NCBI GenBank assembly: GCA_051362555.1
Contig: CM120644.1
Span: forward strand, 19,366,534-19,430,533
DNA: 64,000 nt
DNA from: Lingula anatina
Lineage: Eukaryota > Animalia > Brachiopoda
Direction: 5' to 3'
Made by a program: the position numbers and the translations under genes. The notes below the pieces were generated by a model. That model made no database searches and was not told where the DNA came from. It saw only the letters and a program-made list of their open reading frames with translations. Positions 1-12,754 of this stretch are shown here, piece after piece; position 1 is the first letter of the stretch; every line of letters begins with the position of its first letter.

Positions 1-345
1 TAGAAAGAAAGCGGTGAATCTGTTGCTGATACTGGCTGCAGTCCATTACAAATCCAAAGTAGCACCTCTTGCGCAGCGCCATCTATACAAGACAATGTTT
101 AGTATAGACGCTGAAGGGTGACGCTGAAAGCCGGGAATTTCATCAAACGTTCTATACAATGAATGTCACCTTTCATCAGGAAACTTTACCTCTATGGTTC
201 TGTTATAGATTCTAATGGCAAACTTTATTTTTGAATTCTGGATGAGACATCTGAAGTGAAGAACACATATGGTATCGACTGTGTCAGTTGTTCACTGTTC
301 ACATCACGATGCAATGTGCTGGTGAAGATTTTACAATTTGCTACG
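1..345. repeat. Paralogous copy of the region upstream of the CBM20 gene (matches ~62520-62835)
   Basis: ctgttgctgatactg...cagcgccatctata...ggatgagacatctgaagtgaag..acacat..ggtatcgactgtgtcagttgttcactgttcacatcacgatgcaatgtgct is shared, colinear, with 62521-62835. Confidence 0.9.
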
Positions 346-961
346 ACGCTGATTAAAAGTGCTTTTGGAAAACTGACAAGATTGCACACCGTCATCAGTT
401 TTGCCATTCCCTCTTCATCAGTAGTTACGCAATGGCTTATGAAGGTGAGATAATTAACTGGAGAACTGACGTTGTATCTTCTATAATAATTTATATAATT
501 CAATTCAATTCAATTTATTTCTGTACTGGTACATAGATTGTCATGACCTTGTACAGTATGACATACTAATGACGATACAATACAGTTAGTGCATTACCAT
601 TTCTCTAGTTGGTATTATGTTGCCTAACCATTTGTGAAGGAAAAAATAATCTTTATATAATGAACATACGTACTAGTAAAATTACTCATAAAATATTCTA
701 TCTAAGCAATGAGATTAACCTTGGTGTGATTATAAATTTACCATAAACATACTATAAACATGTTACACAAAAGTTGGAGAGGGACACTAAAGTATCTTTC
801 TTGGCACTGTTAAATACAATGTAAGTAGACCTTTTTCCTGTTCCTCGGTAGACATCTGTCGAAATAGTAACATATGAACTGAACTATGAATATCACAAAC
901 TTCCCATGGAGTGTCTACTTAGGTGTACTAGCACTACCAACCTGAGTTTCAGAAACCACTA

Positions 962-1112
962 CAGGCCCATAGCCGGGGGGGGGGGGGGGGGGGTTTCAAA
1001 AGAACCGCCCTTTTTTGCTGGAAAAGGTCCACTCTGGGTAAAAATTTGATCTAGGTACCTAAAGATTTAATGGTAAAAGGTCCACTTTTTAAAATTGCTG
1101 GCTATGGGCCTG
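962..1112. mobile_element. MITE with CAGG...CCTG termini and 5-bp TSD
   Basis: TIR CAGGCCCATAGCC / GGCTATGGGCCTG; flanking direct repeat CACTA (957-961, 1113-1117). Related copies at 20049, 19690, 34770 and 50685. Confidence 0.85.
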
Positions 1113-1287
1113 CACTATAAACCCACCTGTTTATTATCAGTACTGGTACAGTGTATGCTTCAGCCTTGACTTATAACAACACTTTATTTTGTAAACCTAC
1201 TAAAATTCCATTACTCTAATATTCTGGATCTTGAGGAAAACAGCTGATCACTGACTTTTTGTCTTTCTAGCCCATCATACCAACAAA

Positions 1288-2019
1288 GGAACACAATGAT
1301 TCCAGACTACTACACTGTACTAGGAGACACAGGACTATACTGCCACAGTGGAACACGATGACTTCAGACTACTACACTGTACTAGGAGACAGGACTATAC
1401 TGCCACAATGGAACACGATGACTTCAGACTACTACACTGTACTAGGAGACACAGGACTATACTGCCACAATGGAACACGATGACTCCAGACTACTACACT
1501 GTACTAGGAGGCACAGGACTATACTGCCACAATGGAACACAATGACTCCAGACTACTACACTGTACTAGGAGACACAGGACTATACTGCCACAGTGGAAC
1601 ACGATGACTTCAGACTACTACACTGTACTAGGAGGCACAGGACTATACTGCCACAATGGAACACGATGACTCCAGACTACTACACTGTACTAGGAGGCAC
1701 AGGACTATACTGTCACAATGGAACACAATGACTCCAGACTACTACACTGTACTAGGAGACACAGGACTATACTGCCACAATGGAACACAATGACTCCAGA
1801 CTACTACACTGTACTAGGAGGCACAGGGCTATACTGCCACAATGGAACACAATGACTCCAGACTACTACACTGTACTAGGAGGCACAGGACTATACTGTC
1901 ACAATGGAACACAATGACTCCAGACTACTACACTGTACTAGGAGGCACAGGGCTATACTGCCACAATGGAACACGATGACTTCAAACTACTACACTGTAC
2001 TAGGAGGTACAGAACTACT
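1288..2019. repeat. Minisatellite, ~61-bp unit, ~12 copies
   Basis: Unit ggaacac(a/g)atgact(c/t)cagactactacactgtactaggag(a/g)cacaggactatactgccacaat repeated head to tail. Confidence 0.97.
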
Positions 2020-2899
2020 GAACTTGACATGTAACCCACAAACAAGAAGTTGGATACAGCAGTTTTCAAGGTGGACTTATAACAACTTGACTGTCATTTA
2101 ATAAAAATGGATGACATATGTAAGATATTATAGAAAAAAAATCAGTGTACCTCGTACTGCACATAGTGACACCTATTCATAAGGTACATATGTTCATTTA
2201 GAATCTTCACTGTGGCATACATACTGATGACAAGTGTGTTGATAGAACACAGTGAGTTACATGACTTGTGGTTACTATACATCATCATCATGTGTCTGAC
2301 CTGGTGCAGGCATTGACAATCATGGTCCTCTAGTTTACTCTTATTTTCAGTCTATTGGATGAGCTTGTTATTGTGCAGTTGTTGATTTGTGAAGGCATTA
2401 AGGCTATCAATGTATGATGTTCTTTACTTCCTCTACTTCTTCTTACTTCAGTTTTTCCATGGAGTACAAGGGACCCATTTCACAAAACAGTAGCTAGTTA
2501 GTGATCAGTAGTTAGCCTCTCGCTAGTTTAGTTATGAGTGCCGTTTCACAAAGCTAGTGCTAGTTCTCTTGCTCTTTATTGTGTCGTTGTTACCTTGGAT
2601 ATATTACGACTGGTCAGACCAGTCGCTAACTCTAGAGTTTCATCGTACGCATGCGTAATGAATGAAAAAGAAAGGTTGATTAGTTACCGTTGTCTGTTGT
2701 TTGTCTTTGTATCCAATATGGCAATGACCTTTCTTGCTAATCCTTACTGCCAGACGGCAAGGTAGACTACGATGTTTTCATGATATGCAGAATCTATAAG
2801 ATGTATACACACGATGATGCACTTTATGAGAGGTTGCACCTAGCTGTGACAAAAAGAGCGGCAAAAAGGTGGTGGAGATCCTTTACAAGGACCTCAAAG

Positions 2900-3460
2900 C
2901 AGACTTATTTATGCATTTCCAGCCACCAAAAATTGGAGAGTTAGTGCTTTCACAACACTTTTACACAAGAGTTCCACTTCCAGTAATTCTGACACACTGT
3001 CTGTACTCTTCAAAGGAAAGTAAAAACACCAGACCCCAGGTCTGGAACTGCTCATTTGACTGGCCAAGTCGGGCACATCACAGGACCGCGGTCTTCTTCT
3101 GGCTGTCCAGGCCGCGCACAACACAGGACCACTGTCCCTTTCCCACATGGCCTCACCTCTTATTACCCAAGCCTGCAGTCATGGGTGCCAGCTTCCAGTC
3201 AGCATCCTCTCAGGCTTTGGTTGGGGATTGGTCTTGGTTGGATCTTCTTAGGAGACTCAGGAAAAAGAACTCTGCTCAAGGGTTCCATCAAGCTTTTTTC
3301 CTCATTTGGTTGAACTATGAGCTGCATCGCTTCTTCTGCCTCCCTAGGTGAGCCTGGTGGCAACACCCACACCTTTCGTACGTCTTGTATCCCTTCTTTT
3401 TACATAGTATTTCTGCTCGTGTCTCCTCAAATTGGAGGGATCCTGGAAGCTTTTCTTGCA
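2900..3460 (-). pseudogene. Possible decayed coding exon, product unknown
   Basis: GC-richer island in AT-rich DNA; minus strand gives protein-like but interrupted frames (e.g. RKVWVLPPGSPREAEEAMQLIVQPNEEKSLMEPLSRVLFPESPKKIQPRP). Lies downstream of the dead CBM20 exons. Confidence 0.3.
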
Positions 3461-3724
3461 GTGTATATATATTATTTATTTATTTATCTATTTTACTGCT
3501 TGTTTACCTCTCATGTTGGCAACTTTGTCCAATTAACATCTCTCACAGTGTGCTGCAAAGGATATAACTTTGCCTGATTTTTTTTGTGAATTTTGGATGG
3601 ATATCATGAAATTTTCATGTCAAACAGTAAGTCAGATGATGTGAACATTCCCAAAGAACCCCCTTAGGGTACCATGGAGGAGGGGGAAGAAGGCCAGGTT
3701 GTTCCTGACCCCTTCCAGTCACTT

Positions 3725-4680
3725 TATTTTTCAGCCCTTTTTGACCTTTTATCTTGTATTTTTTTAATAATCAATCTTATCATTTGAGAGCTTTAAAAGA
3801 TAAAGGTTGTTGTATTTTTGTATTACTCTGACAGTCTTGATTTGTTAAGAATTTAGCACTTGCATGCATTTACATCATACCTGGTACATGTATGTTATGG
3901 TGATATTTATTGAACAAAACCATGTTAATATTATATATATTCTTTAAAAAAATTAACCCACCCATATCAGTGCACCTTACAAGGTTTACACCTCGCTGGG
4001 TGTCTCATCCTCCAAGGGCAGTTCCCCTGCCCACTACTTTGGCCTTTAGGATGTTGTTTTTTAGGATTATTCTTACTAGTACTGTGGCCATGGCTGTTCA
4101 AATATGAAATGTAAAGGAATCCTTGATTGCCCATATTAGTGAGTTGTTAAGGACCAAAAATTGGCCAAATGCTGCATTTGTAATAAAAATGTCTAACTTG
4201 GCATGAATGTCTGGCTCCATGGCTTATGATGTGCCTCACATTTTTTTTACATTTATTTATTTATTTATAGGATGGCCTTTATTCTTCAGCCCTTTCTGAC
4301 CTTTTATCTTGTAGTCAAACAATTATGGTTTCTTTTTAATGACCAGTCTTATCATTTGAGGGCTTTAAAAGATAAAAACATTGTTGAAATTCCTGTGTTG
4401 TATTTTTGCAATACTCATGCAGACAGTCTTGATTCATTAGGAATTTAGCACCTGTATGCATTTACATCATACCTAGTACATGTATGTATGTTAGGGTGAT
4501 ATTTATTGGACAAAGCATGTTAATATAAAAAGTTGACCCACCCATACTCGTTGTTCTTGGCATGTTGATACCTCACTGAGTATTCCAGCCTCCAAGGGCA
4601 GTTCCCCTGTCCACTAGTTTACCTTTCAATAGGTTATTTTTCAGGATGATCCTAACAGTGGTCATGGGTGTTAAAAATAA
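3725..4680. repeat. Local tandem duplication of an intron+exon cassette (3725-4110 vs 4283-4680)
   Basis: cagcccttt.tgaccttttatcttgta...gaatttagcac.tg.atgcatttacatcatacct.gtacatgtatgt...acccacccata occurs twice. Confidence 0.9.
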
Positions 4681-5121
4681 AATAGGGAAAGTAATACTTG
4701 ATTACCCATACATCTTTTTTAGGGTTGAATACAATCAACCATGTTTTCATGTCTTTAAAATAAGTTCCTTTCTGCAGTGGAATTCTTGGGCAGGAAAATA
4801 TCTAGATGTAGAGCTGGAAGGTATACTCTGTAAGAAATGAATGAAGGTATAAATCAATATTTACTTAAACGTAGAATTTTCCTTTTCAGTTTAAAAGAAA
4901 GTAACTTTCAACTTAGTTCATTTTCTCATTTTGATAAAAAAAGATTATGCCAACATTTTGTGACTTCACAAATTTCCATTCTATATTTGAAGCTTTGGGC
5001 AGGAACACCTCTGCCCTCAGAGAAGAGACAAGTCATTGTGTATTACAAGGTTGACATCCCAGTGGGTGTCCCCACCTCCTAGGACAGTCCCCATACCAAA
5101 CACCTCCAGCTGTCAGATTAT
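3962..5121 (-). pseudogene. Cluster of four disabled CBM20 exon copies
   Basis: 4093-3962 MATVLVRIILKNNILKAKVVGRGTALGG*DTQRGVNLVRCTDMG (TGA at 4005-07); 4667-4542 MTTVRIILKNNLLKGKLVDRGTALGGWNTQ*GINMPRTTSMG (acceptor CAC); 4828-4765 ..PALHLDIFLPKNSTAE; 5121-4955 ..VFGMGTVLGGGDTHW../SLRAEVFLPKASNIEWKFVKSQN with a frameshift. All match the exon at 61667-61465. Confidence 0.85.
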
Positions 5122-5163
5122 CTGGAAATAAATTATTTATTATTACATCAGTTTTTATCATTT

Positions 5164-5276
5164 CATAACTTTTTAACAAATATATTGATGGAGTTTGGGC
5201 AGCTTTGTTTCATATGAAACTTGCTAATGAAACAAAGCTGCCCAAACTCCATCAATATATTTGTTAAAAAGTTATG
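5164..5276. repeat. Perfect 50-bp inverted repeat with 13-nt loop
   Basis: 5164-5213 cataactttttaacaaatatattgatggagtttgggcagctttgtttcat is the exact reverse complement of 5227-5276. Confidence 0.97.
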
Positions 5277-6079
5277 TTTTTATCATCATTGTTTAGGGGT
5301 GGTTGGATCATTAAATTCTTCTTATCAAAAAAACATGTGTTTTGACAGAACCTCTTGTTACAAACTTTGAGATTTCTTATTATGGGATGCTCGAGCTTTA
5401 CTCATTTGTTTGACTTTCTTTTGGAATAATTTCTCTGCCATTTACTGTTGCACAACTTGCATATTGGACTTTGTATTAAAGGTTTTACAATCTTGATTTG
5501 CTGCTTTGTGGAAGAAGGGACTCCTGGTTGACCATAGTTTCCTTCCTTTTCACCCATTTTTTAATTCTCTGATGGTTTTCTTTGAATTGCCCATTTCTAA
5601 TAATACAAAATGTGAGGTATTGCTTAGTATAGTTAGAGTCAGATTTGTGTTCAAAATGGTTACAAAATTTGAAAATGGAAGTGATAGCGTGTTTTTACCT
5701 CTTTGAATCTTCTTTTGTGAGGTTACCTTTTGTTTATAAGGCAAGCATCACTTTTATTTAGTGGCATTTTTGAAAGATTACACTTCTGATAGCCATTTTA
5801 CATTGTATGGGCCTGGTGTGTATTCCTTCTTCTATTAATTATTTATTGTGTTTGAATCTAGACAAATACAACTGTGGTCCCGAATTTACTGCAGTATTCT
5901 TTTCCAAGAAAAAGTTTGTGTAAGTGGGTATATGTATGTAGCAAGAATATCATATACATGTGTATGTATGTGCCTGTTTCATGAGTGCATTAAATGTGTA
6001 ACTAATAATGTGTGGACATTTCAAAGGGCTCTGTCTTCAGCGCTGTTAACATCTGCTATGTTTTTTTTATATTATATCA

Positions 6080-6390
6080 AATAAAAACTTAACATTCCAT
6101 ATCTGTGCATGTTCACATAGGATTCAGTATCACAGTTTGTTGGAGACACATTCAAAGAGTTAATTGGCTTTAAGATAAATATTCTTAAGTATGCTAAAGA
6201 CTAGACTTTGTTTGAGCAACAAATGATTTTACTGAGATTCTTGTCTTACCCATCTCCTCAATACTTAGAGTCTTTACTAGTGTTACTTTGTTGGTTTTGG
6301 TATCAATTGAAAGAACAGAATTGAATTGAATTTTCAACATTAAATGTGTTCAATCTTTACACAGCAAAAGCATTAATTTTTCAGTGTAAT
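6080..6390 (-). pseudogene. Dead micro-exon cassette homologous to ~58980-59370
   Basis: Micro-exon ~6305-6249 DTKTNKVTLVKTLSIEEMG with GTAAG donor but acceptor CAA; flanking intron matches that of micro-exon 59293-59234. Confidence 0.8.
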
Positions 6391-7604
6391 GTAAACTTGA
6401 AAAATTCTGGACATCTCAACAAGAGTTTGTGGATTTCATAACAGCTTTATTCCCACTGCCCAAGTTTCTCCCACTTCTGTATCTACTGGTAACAAAGTTG
6501 TTCTGCCCTGCCACAAATTCACTGCTCCGCCCGTAAGCAAACCCCTTTGTCTTCACACAGGAAGCAACTCTGCAATTTTGAACTTTAAGATAATCAGAGT
6601 AATTTTTTTTTTTTTTTGATGATATTAATATCAAGATTTATTTTACAACCAAAACCTGCTGCCAATTTTTAGCATTAAGGAGACATTTTATCTATAAATA
6701 AATTATAGTTTATTTTAGATATTTGTTTAGTCTTGTAGTCCTCATAGTTCTCTGTAAAACTGCCCTGTTTTGATGTTTTTATTATGTAGGGCTATCTCTA
6801 TATATGGGTGAGACTTTAAGAAAATGTCTTGAAATAATATCTTGCTTAGGTGCTTAAGGTCGTTAAGTTTGAAAATGTAATAAAACAGGACATATTTTTG
6901 ATAAAGGCATGTAAAGATCAATGTATCAACAGACTGCTTAAATAAAAAATAAATACAAAATACACGTTGAGCTTGATTGTTGATTTAAACAATGAAAATT
7001 GATACAATACTCTAGAATGTCTAAACTGATTTGCCAATGTAGATTTGAGACTATGGAAGGAAAAGTGTTTATGTAAAATTATTCCAGTTATGTATGTAGA
7101 AATACACAATTTACAGCAACAATGCAATTTTAGAAATAAAGATGTGTTTAATGACAACGCTGCATTTGAGATGTAGAAAATATATATAACAGTTCTTTCA
7201 AAACACAACTACAAAAACTTTCAAAACGCTTGAAATTTTTTTTTTTAAAGATTATTAACTCGAATTTATTTTGGTCGATAGCAGAAGATGTAGTAAATTG
7301 ATTCATACCTTTCTCAACTTGTAATTTCTTTTATTTCTGTCTGTCCTACTCAGTTCTATTCGGGATACAGCTCAGAATAGCTCGGGATACAGCTGGATAC
7401 AGCTCATGACGTTGCATTTCATTACTGAATACTTTCATGTGCGTTAGGGGTGGGTTTGGGTAATTTTCCTGTCTCATGGGATTAAGTGTGTGTGTGTGGG
7501 GGGGGGGGGGGGGCACTGTTGCTCTGTATTACATGACAAAGGCTTAAGTTGAAATCGAGGCTTCTGTACGGAAGGTGGTCAAGTATATATTATTATGTAA
7601 TCTA

Positions 7605-8520
7605 GGTGAGTATTTTGATGAGAGATGTTCAGAAAGGACCGAGGTCAGTAAAAGATGGCGAAGAAAGCCTCGTGTCTCATTGCCACAATTTCCTCGAAAT
7701 GGTCGGAAATCTGGGACTGTAATTGGCATCGATCTGTTGTAAGTACTGTATAGATGATGGAAGATAACATTGGTTATTTGGCGTTAATGATATTAACAAA
7801 AAAAATGGTGTAATTTGCAAATAAGGTATCATGTCGACATTTTTTCTTTGCGTCAACAATATATTGCCTTGAAAGTCCAAATTCAACTTGACGTTTAAAT
7901 AGTTTATTTTCTGATATTATTTTCAGATGGAATGCATTTGCCAGCTGTAAACAGGTGGTGAGAGATGTGCTCCAGCTGTGAACGCGTCTTCCGTCTTAAA
8001 CAATGAAAGAACATTTTGGCAGGTAACTACATTTGTAGGTCCCGATTTGATTTTAAAAGATTCAAAATTCACTACCAATGTGTAGGCCTACATGTCGTGA
8101 TTATTTTGTTCTTCTCTCAAAGATCTTGAATTTTTTTATTTTAAAACCTTCCTTGCAAAAGTTTTTTTAAAAAATTCACTTCTGTAAACTTATACGTATT
8201 CCAAGGGTCAGTATCTTATTCTAGCCTCCCTGATATGTAATTCTACAGACACAGAATGTTGTCACGTTAGTCTATGCACGGTGTAAAAGAATAGAAATGA
8301 TACTGTTTAAAGTGCATGATTACACACGTGGACAAAATTACGTTATTATGTCCAAGTTATATAGAACGTGTCAGCTCAGGATAAATATAAATTTGTATAA
8401 TTTAGAAATTGAAAAGCGATTTGTTAAATATTACTATCGAAATCGGTTAATGTAAAATAAAAAAACTGCTTAACTTAATCAACATTGTTTTGTAAAGGTT
8501 TTTTCTTGTTTGATTTCAGT
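7605..8520 (+). ncRNA. Putative spliced non-coding or micro-ORF transcript exons, copy 1
   Basis: Donor TAG|GTGAGT at 7605, exon 7927-8022 (TTTTCAG|...CAG|GTAAC), acceptor at 8519; all four splice sites are kept in copy 2. Confidence 0.45.
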
Positions 8521-8750
8521 GACTCAACCGTGCACGAGAAGATTGAATAAGTTCTCCATCAATGACGCCCGACTCGTGTTCCATGTCAAGATAACATATG
8601 TCGCATGTCAAACTTCGTCTGCTAGTAAATTTGCTGGGTTAACATTAAATATGAAGTGTTATGATTGCTTTGGGTTGCAATGTTCTACATTAGAACGTGT
8701 ATCAAATTAAAAGTAGAATGTGAGGAGTATTTTTCACGTAAACGGATTAA

Positions 8751-8936
8751 TGCCGTGTTCACAACCAGTTGATCCGCAGACTAACTAGTTGAAAACCCCA
8801 CTTTAAAGCAAGCCTGTATTCAACTGTTCGCCCCTGCTGGGCCGGTGCACGTGGGAGGGTAATCCATTGTCAAGTACGCGCCATATTTGATCCACGGACT
8901 AGATAGACGGTGGTTCAACTGGTTGTGAACTCGGTC
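8751..8936. mobile_element. PIF/Harbinger-like MITE
   Basis: TIR (t)gccgtgttcacaaccagttga / tcaactggttgtgaactcggtc flanked by TAA...TAA; only the right part survives in copy 2 (~36610-36680). Confidence 0.75.
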
Positions 8937-10555
8937 TAATGCTTTAGAAAGCGTCTGGAAGTTGCAGTGTGTGTTCAGTTGTTCTTCGGAAGAAAAAAAA
9001 AGAGCGAGATGTGCATCCACCAAAAAGTTGATAAATCGCTGTTATTAAGATAATTATGCTTCAGAAATTTCAGCATAATATCAAACTGGCAGAATGCGTC
9101 ATTAGTATTGCAGAACTGTCCACACGTATTGAAACGATCTTTCTTAAGTTTGAATTTGTTACAGAAAATGTTTTATTTCGGAACATTCTCTTCATTAAGG
9201 GGTCTATGTAGGACTGGCATTCGTCAGAAACTTTTACATTCTGAATTTTCGACAAATTCTTGACAAAGTCAAATCAATCATTTTAGCTAATTATTTAGAA
9301 TAATGAGTGCTCGAAGTCGAAGTTTTTAATACTGCCAATTTCTGCCAATACTCCCAAAATAGAATGTGATACAATTTTAAGAGAAATTTATAGGAAAGTT
9401 TTCACAACTAAAAAAACTTTTTTTTTAATTTACTTACATTTAGACTAGCGGATTTTTAGCCAATTTTTTGAAAGTCAACGAAGTTACCTTTTTTTATTCT
9501 TAAAATAAATATAAACAATTGTCATTTTTCAATATATAAAAAGTTTATCCAAAAGTGTGTAGATCTGCGCTCTGTTTAAGGTTGGCTTTGTACCTAGTAT
9601 TTTTTTAGTTTACTCTTTGGTCGAGATCAAAGGGTGATTGAAGAATAATTTCTTATCTGATGTCAGTCCTGCATGTCCTGTTGAGTTATAGTGCTGAGTG
9701 TCACTTGATCACTGAACACCGGACACCCTCTTTGGTTTATTAGCATTGTCTTAGTAAATGTGTCTTTTTTCCATTTTTCGTTGCACTTTATTCTTTAAAA
9801 TGGCTGTGGTTGGAACTAGCTTGTTAGTTGGCCATGTCATGATTATGACGTTTCTGATTTGCAAGCAATACAAAATTCAGTTTTCGCTCAAAGTTGCGCA
9901 ATGAAATACATATTTTAGGTTTTCATGTGAAGTAAAGTTTGTGTTGGACATGAACAATATTTATCGATGAACAAAACTATCAGGAATTTTACAAAATTTG
10001 ATTATTTAGACTACCTTTTTTTGTTTAGTGAACTTCAGCAAGACGACATAGTGCTTCCATGTGGGTACATGCGTCGGGATAGGATTAGGTTATATGCATA
10101 TATTGAATTTTATATATCGTTCACACCAGTGAATTTAGACAAACATTTTTTTGTTAATCTTGTTGGTATTATGTCTATCATAATATTCCTGAACTCATCA
10201 TAAAGCAAAAGGCTACGCCGGCCAAGTAAGATGTTCAAAATGCATAGAATCTCGGCATGTTTTAGTTGGAGAGACAGTTTTGTTTGTATGTGAAAGCTTA
10301 ATTCACATTTCATAGTACGTTTTATGAAATTGTCATTAATGTAGAAGAAAAAAGATATTCCAAGTTTCATAACATTTTGTGAAAACAATGCTGTTACTTT
10401 TTGTATTCATTTGTGAAATAATAAATATGTTATTGTTTTATGAACAGAATAGAAGTTATTTTTCTTAACTACAGAACCACCGACTCCTCTTACTATCCTG
10501 TGTTCGTAGCACTGTTTTGTAGAAGTCGAAATTCTTTATTTGGATTTATTTTTGC

Positions 10556-10654
10556 AAAAGGTAATTTGCTGGGACCCAGTGGCGCCAGGAATCGAACCTG
10601 CAACCTTCTGTCTGAGAGGCAAGCGCGTTACCTACTCCTCTAACTGTTCCCACC
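10556..10654 (-). ncRNA. tRNA-derived Pol III unit (tRNA-like ncRNA, SINE head or vault-like RNA), copy 1
   Basis: Minus strand GGTGGGAACAGT-TAGAGGAGTAGG(A box)-...CTCTCAG...-GGTTCGATTCC(B box)-TGGCGCCACTGGGTCCCAGC then TTTT; poor cloverleaf, so not a canonical tRNA. Confidence 0.7.
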
Positions 10655-11683
10655 CACCCTCCTCGGGTAGACTTTCTTCTTATAGTAACCAAAGGAAATT
10701 TTTAAAAAGTCTTTGGGAATTACTTGCTTTTATCCAAGTACGCGAGCAGGAAAGTGAACCCCAACCCGTAGGTACCAATGAACATGAAAATACTACAACG
10801 CATTGAATAATTTCGGTATTTCTTTATCAAGACCAAAACAAAATTCCATTCCATATATGCGTGTATATTTAACCATCTAAAAACATCAGTTTGTGCGACT
10901 AAATTTGTGATTCTTTTTAAGTTTTGAAAGATTGAATAAAATGATATAAACAAAGTCATTGAGATTTTCATTAGAATTCACTAAAAATGTACCAAATTTA
11001 ACCTATTTGATTTTACAAATAAAACTATCAACTACACTTCTTATGTTTGATCTTATGTTTTATATTAAAGAAAATATTTCGGAAAAAACTTTTTCCTTTA
11101 AAAAACATCGCCGGATCTGGTATTCAGTCCACCTTTAACATCAGAAAAATCAAGAGGGAAACCCGCTCTGGACTAACATTATCAAGTACACATAATGCTA
11201 CAAATTACATAGAATTTCATATTTTGACTACATTTAAATGTTCCGGATCCGACGTTGATTTTTTTTCTGTTTCTAACCATACGATATTATAAGAATTATT
11301 TCAATAACTTAATACCTAAAATCATGAGCAATTCTACAACTCTTGTGACAAATATTTTGCAATGAACTGAACAAAAATTAATCTCACATACATATAGCAC
11401 ACGTAGAGAGTAAATATATTTGCACCTACTGATCTATCTAATAAAAAAAGTAAGTTTTTCAAAGTTGAGCAGATTTTGAAAAATGGTATCAATAATTCTT
11501 TCGTCTTTACACAGAATCTAGATTTCTTTAAGAGACATCATCTTTCAGTTACATTTTACGAAAGTCATAGTGTACATACTACGAACCTAGACATCAGAAA
11601 ATTGGTTCATTAACAAGAACAAACTTATGAAATTAAGTTTTCTAATCTCTTCTCTGAGCGTTTAAAGTAAAGCAAAGGCACAT

Positions 11684-11721
<38 letters not shown>

Positions 11722-12615
11722 TAGTGAGTGCTGGTCCCATTTGTAGCTTATATTTAATTTTCCTAGAAATTTCAACAATAAATCACCAAGGCATACAATA
11801 ATCAGAACAGTTAACAGCGATTCGACCCATAAAGTCATTAAATTGAAAAAAATATATATATATAAATAAATTAGCAATAAGTCACCAAGGTACACGATAT
11901 CCAGAACAGTTCAAAGCAATAAGATCGATAAAGTCATTTAATTTTCTTAGAAATTTTAACAACAAATCATCAAGGTGCAAGGTATACGGTCTCGAAAACA
12001 GTTTATAGCATTGCGATTCATAAATTCGTTTATAGATTCAAAAAAGTCCCTCTCGTATTGAAAATAGACAAAGGCCAATTTTACTTATGGCGGCAACATT
12101 TTGAAATTTACAACTCAAAACGTGTTATTATCTATTGTAAACCGCACTGGGAAGTAACAGAGTACGGCATATAACAACTTGACTTTTTAAAACTTTTATG
12201 CATCGTGCTTTTGTCCTCGGTGTTGGACAAGACTGTGCCCTGATGATAAAGTGAAATTGTTGAATTTCTCAGGATGTTATTTTCTAGGTTAAGGTGTAAC
12301 GCGCATTATATGCCTTTGAATTGAAATTAAAACCCATGTTTTTGAAGAGAGTGATATTATTTTATATGCTGAACTCAAAATAGTTAAGAACAAGAAATGA
12401 AGAATTGAAGCCAGCAAAAAATATTATTTAATGTAACATTCCCATTTGTCATTAATTTTTATTGGATAAATGAACACATTTTTAAAAAGTATAGCCCACA
12501 AGACATTAGCAAAAGCAATATTATTCAATGTAATATTACCAATATGTAAATAAATTTAAACTGGACAAATCAGAAGAATATTATCAGCTGTTTCATCTTA
12601 TAAGAATGAAGGAAC

Positions 12616-12754
12616 TTTCTTCAATCAACAGCTTAATAATGTTGAAAGCATGGAATGAGGCTATCCAGGTGAGTAATGATGAATGTTCTGTTAAACATCG
12701 AAATATTGGAGGTAAAGGTAAACTATTTCAATATTAAGCTGTTGATTGAAGAAA
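12616..12754. repeat. Spaced inverted repeat, old MITE-like
   Basis: tttcttcaatcaacagcttaata / tattaagctgttgattgaagaaa; arms are longer in copy 2 (~40173-40325). Confidence 0.65.

Noticed and set aside
1288-2019. CRISPR-like array or coding repeat (ORFs 1348, 1904)
   Set aside because: No unique spacers, the unit is not a multiple of 3, and the context is eukaryotic: an ordinary minisatellite.
4005-4007. In-frame TGA as selenocysteine or readthrough
   Set aside because: It replaces the conserved Trp (TGG->TGA); the sibling TGA at 4573-75 aligns with an Arg codon; neighbouring exons carry other lesions.
10568-10654. Functional tRNA-Glu(CTC)
   Set aside because: Acceptor, D and anticodon stems do not pair properly; kept only as a tRNA-derived Pol III unit.
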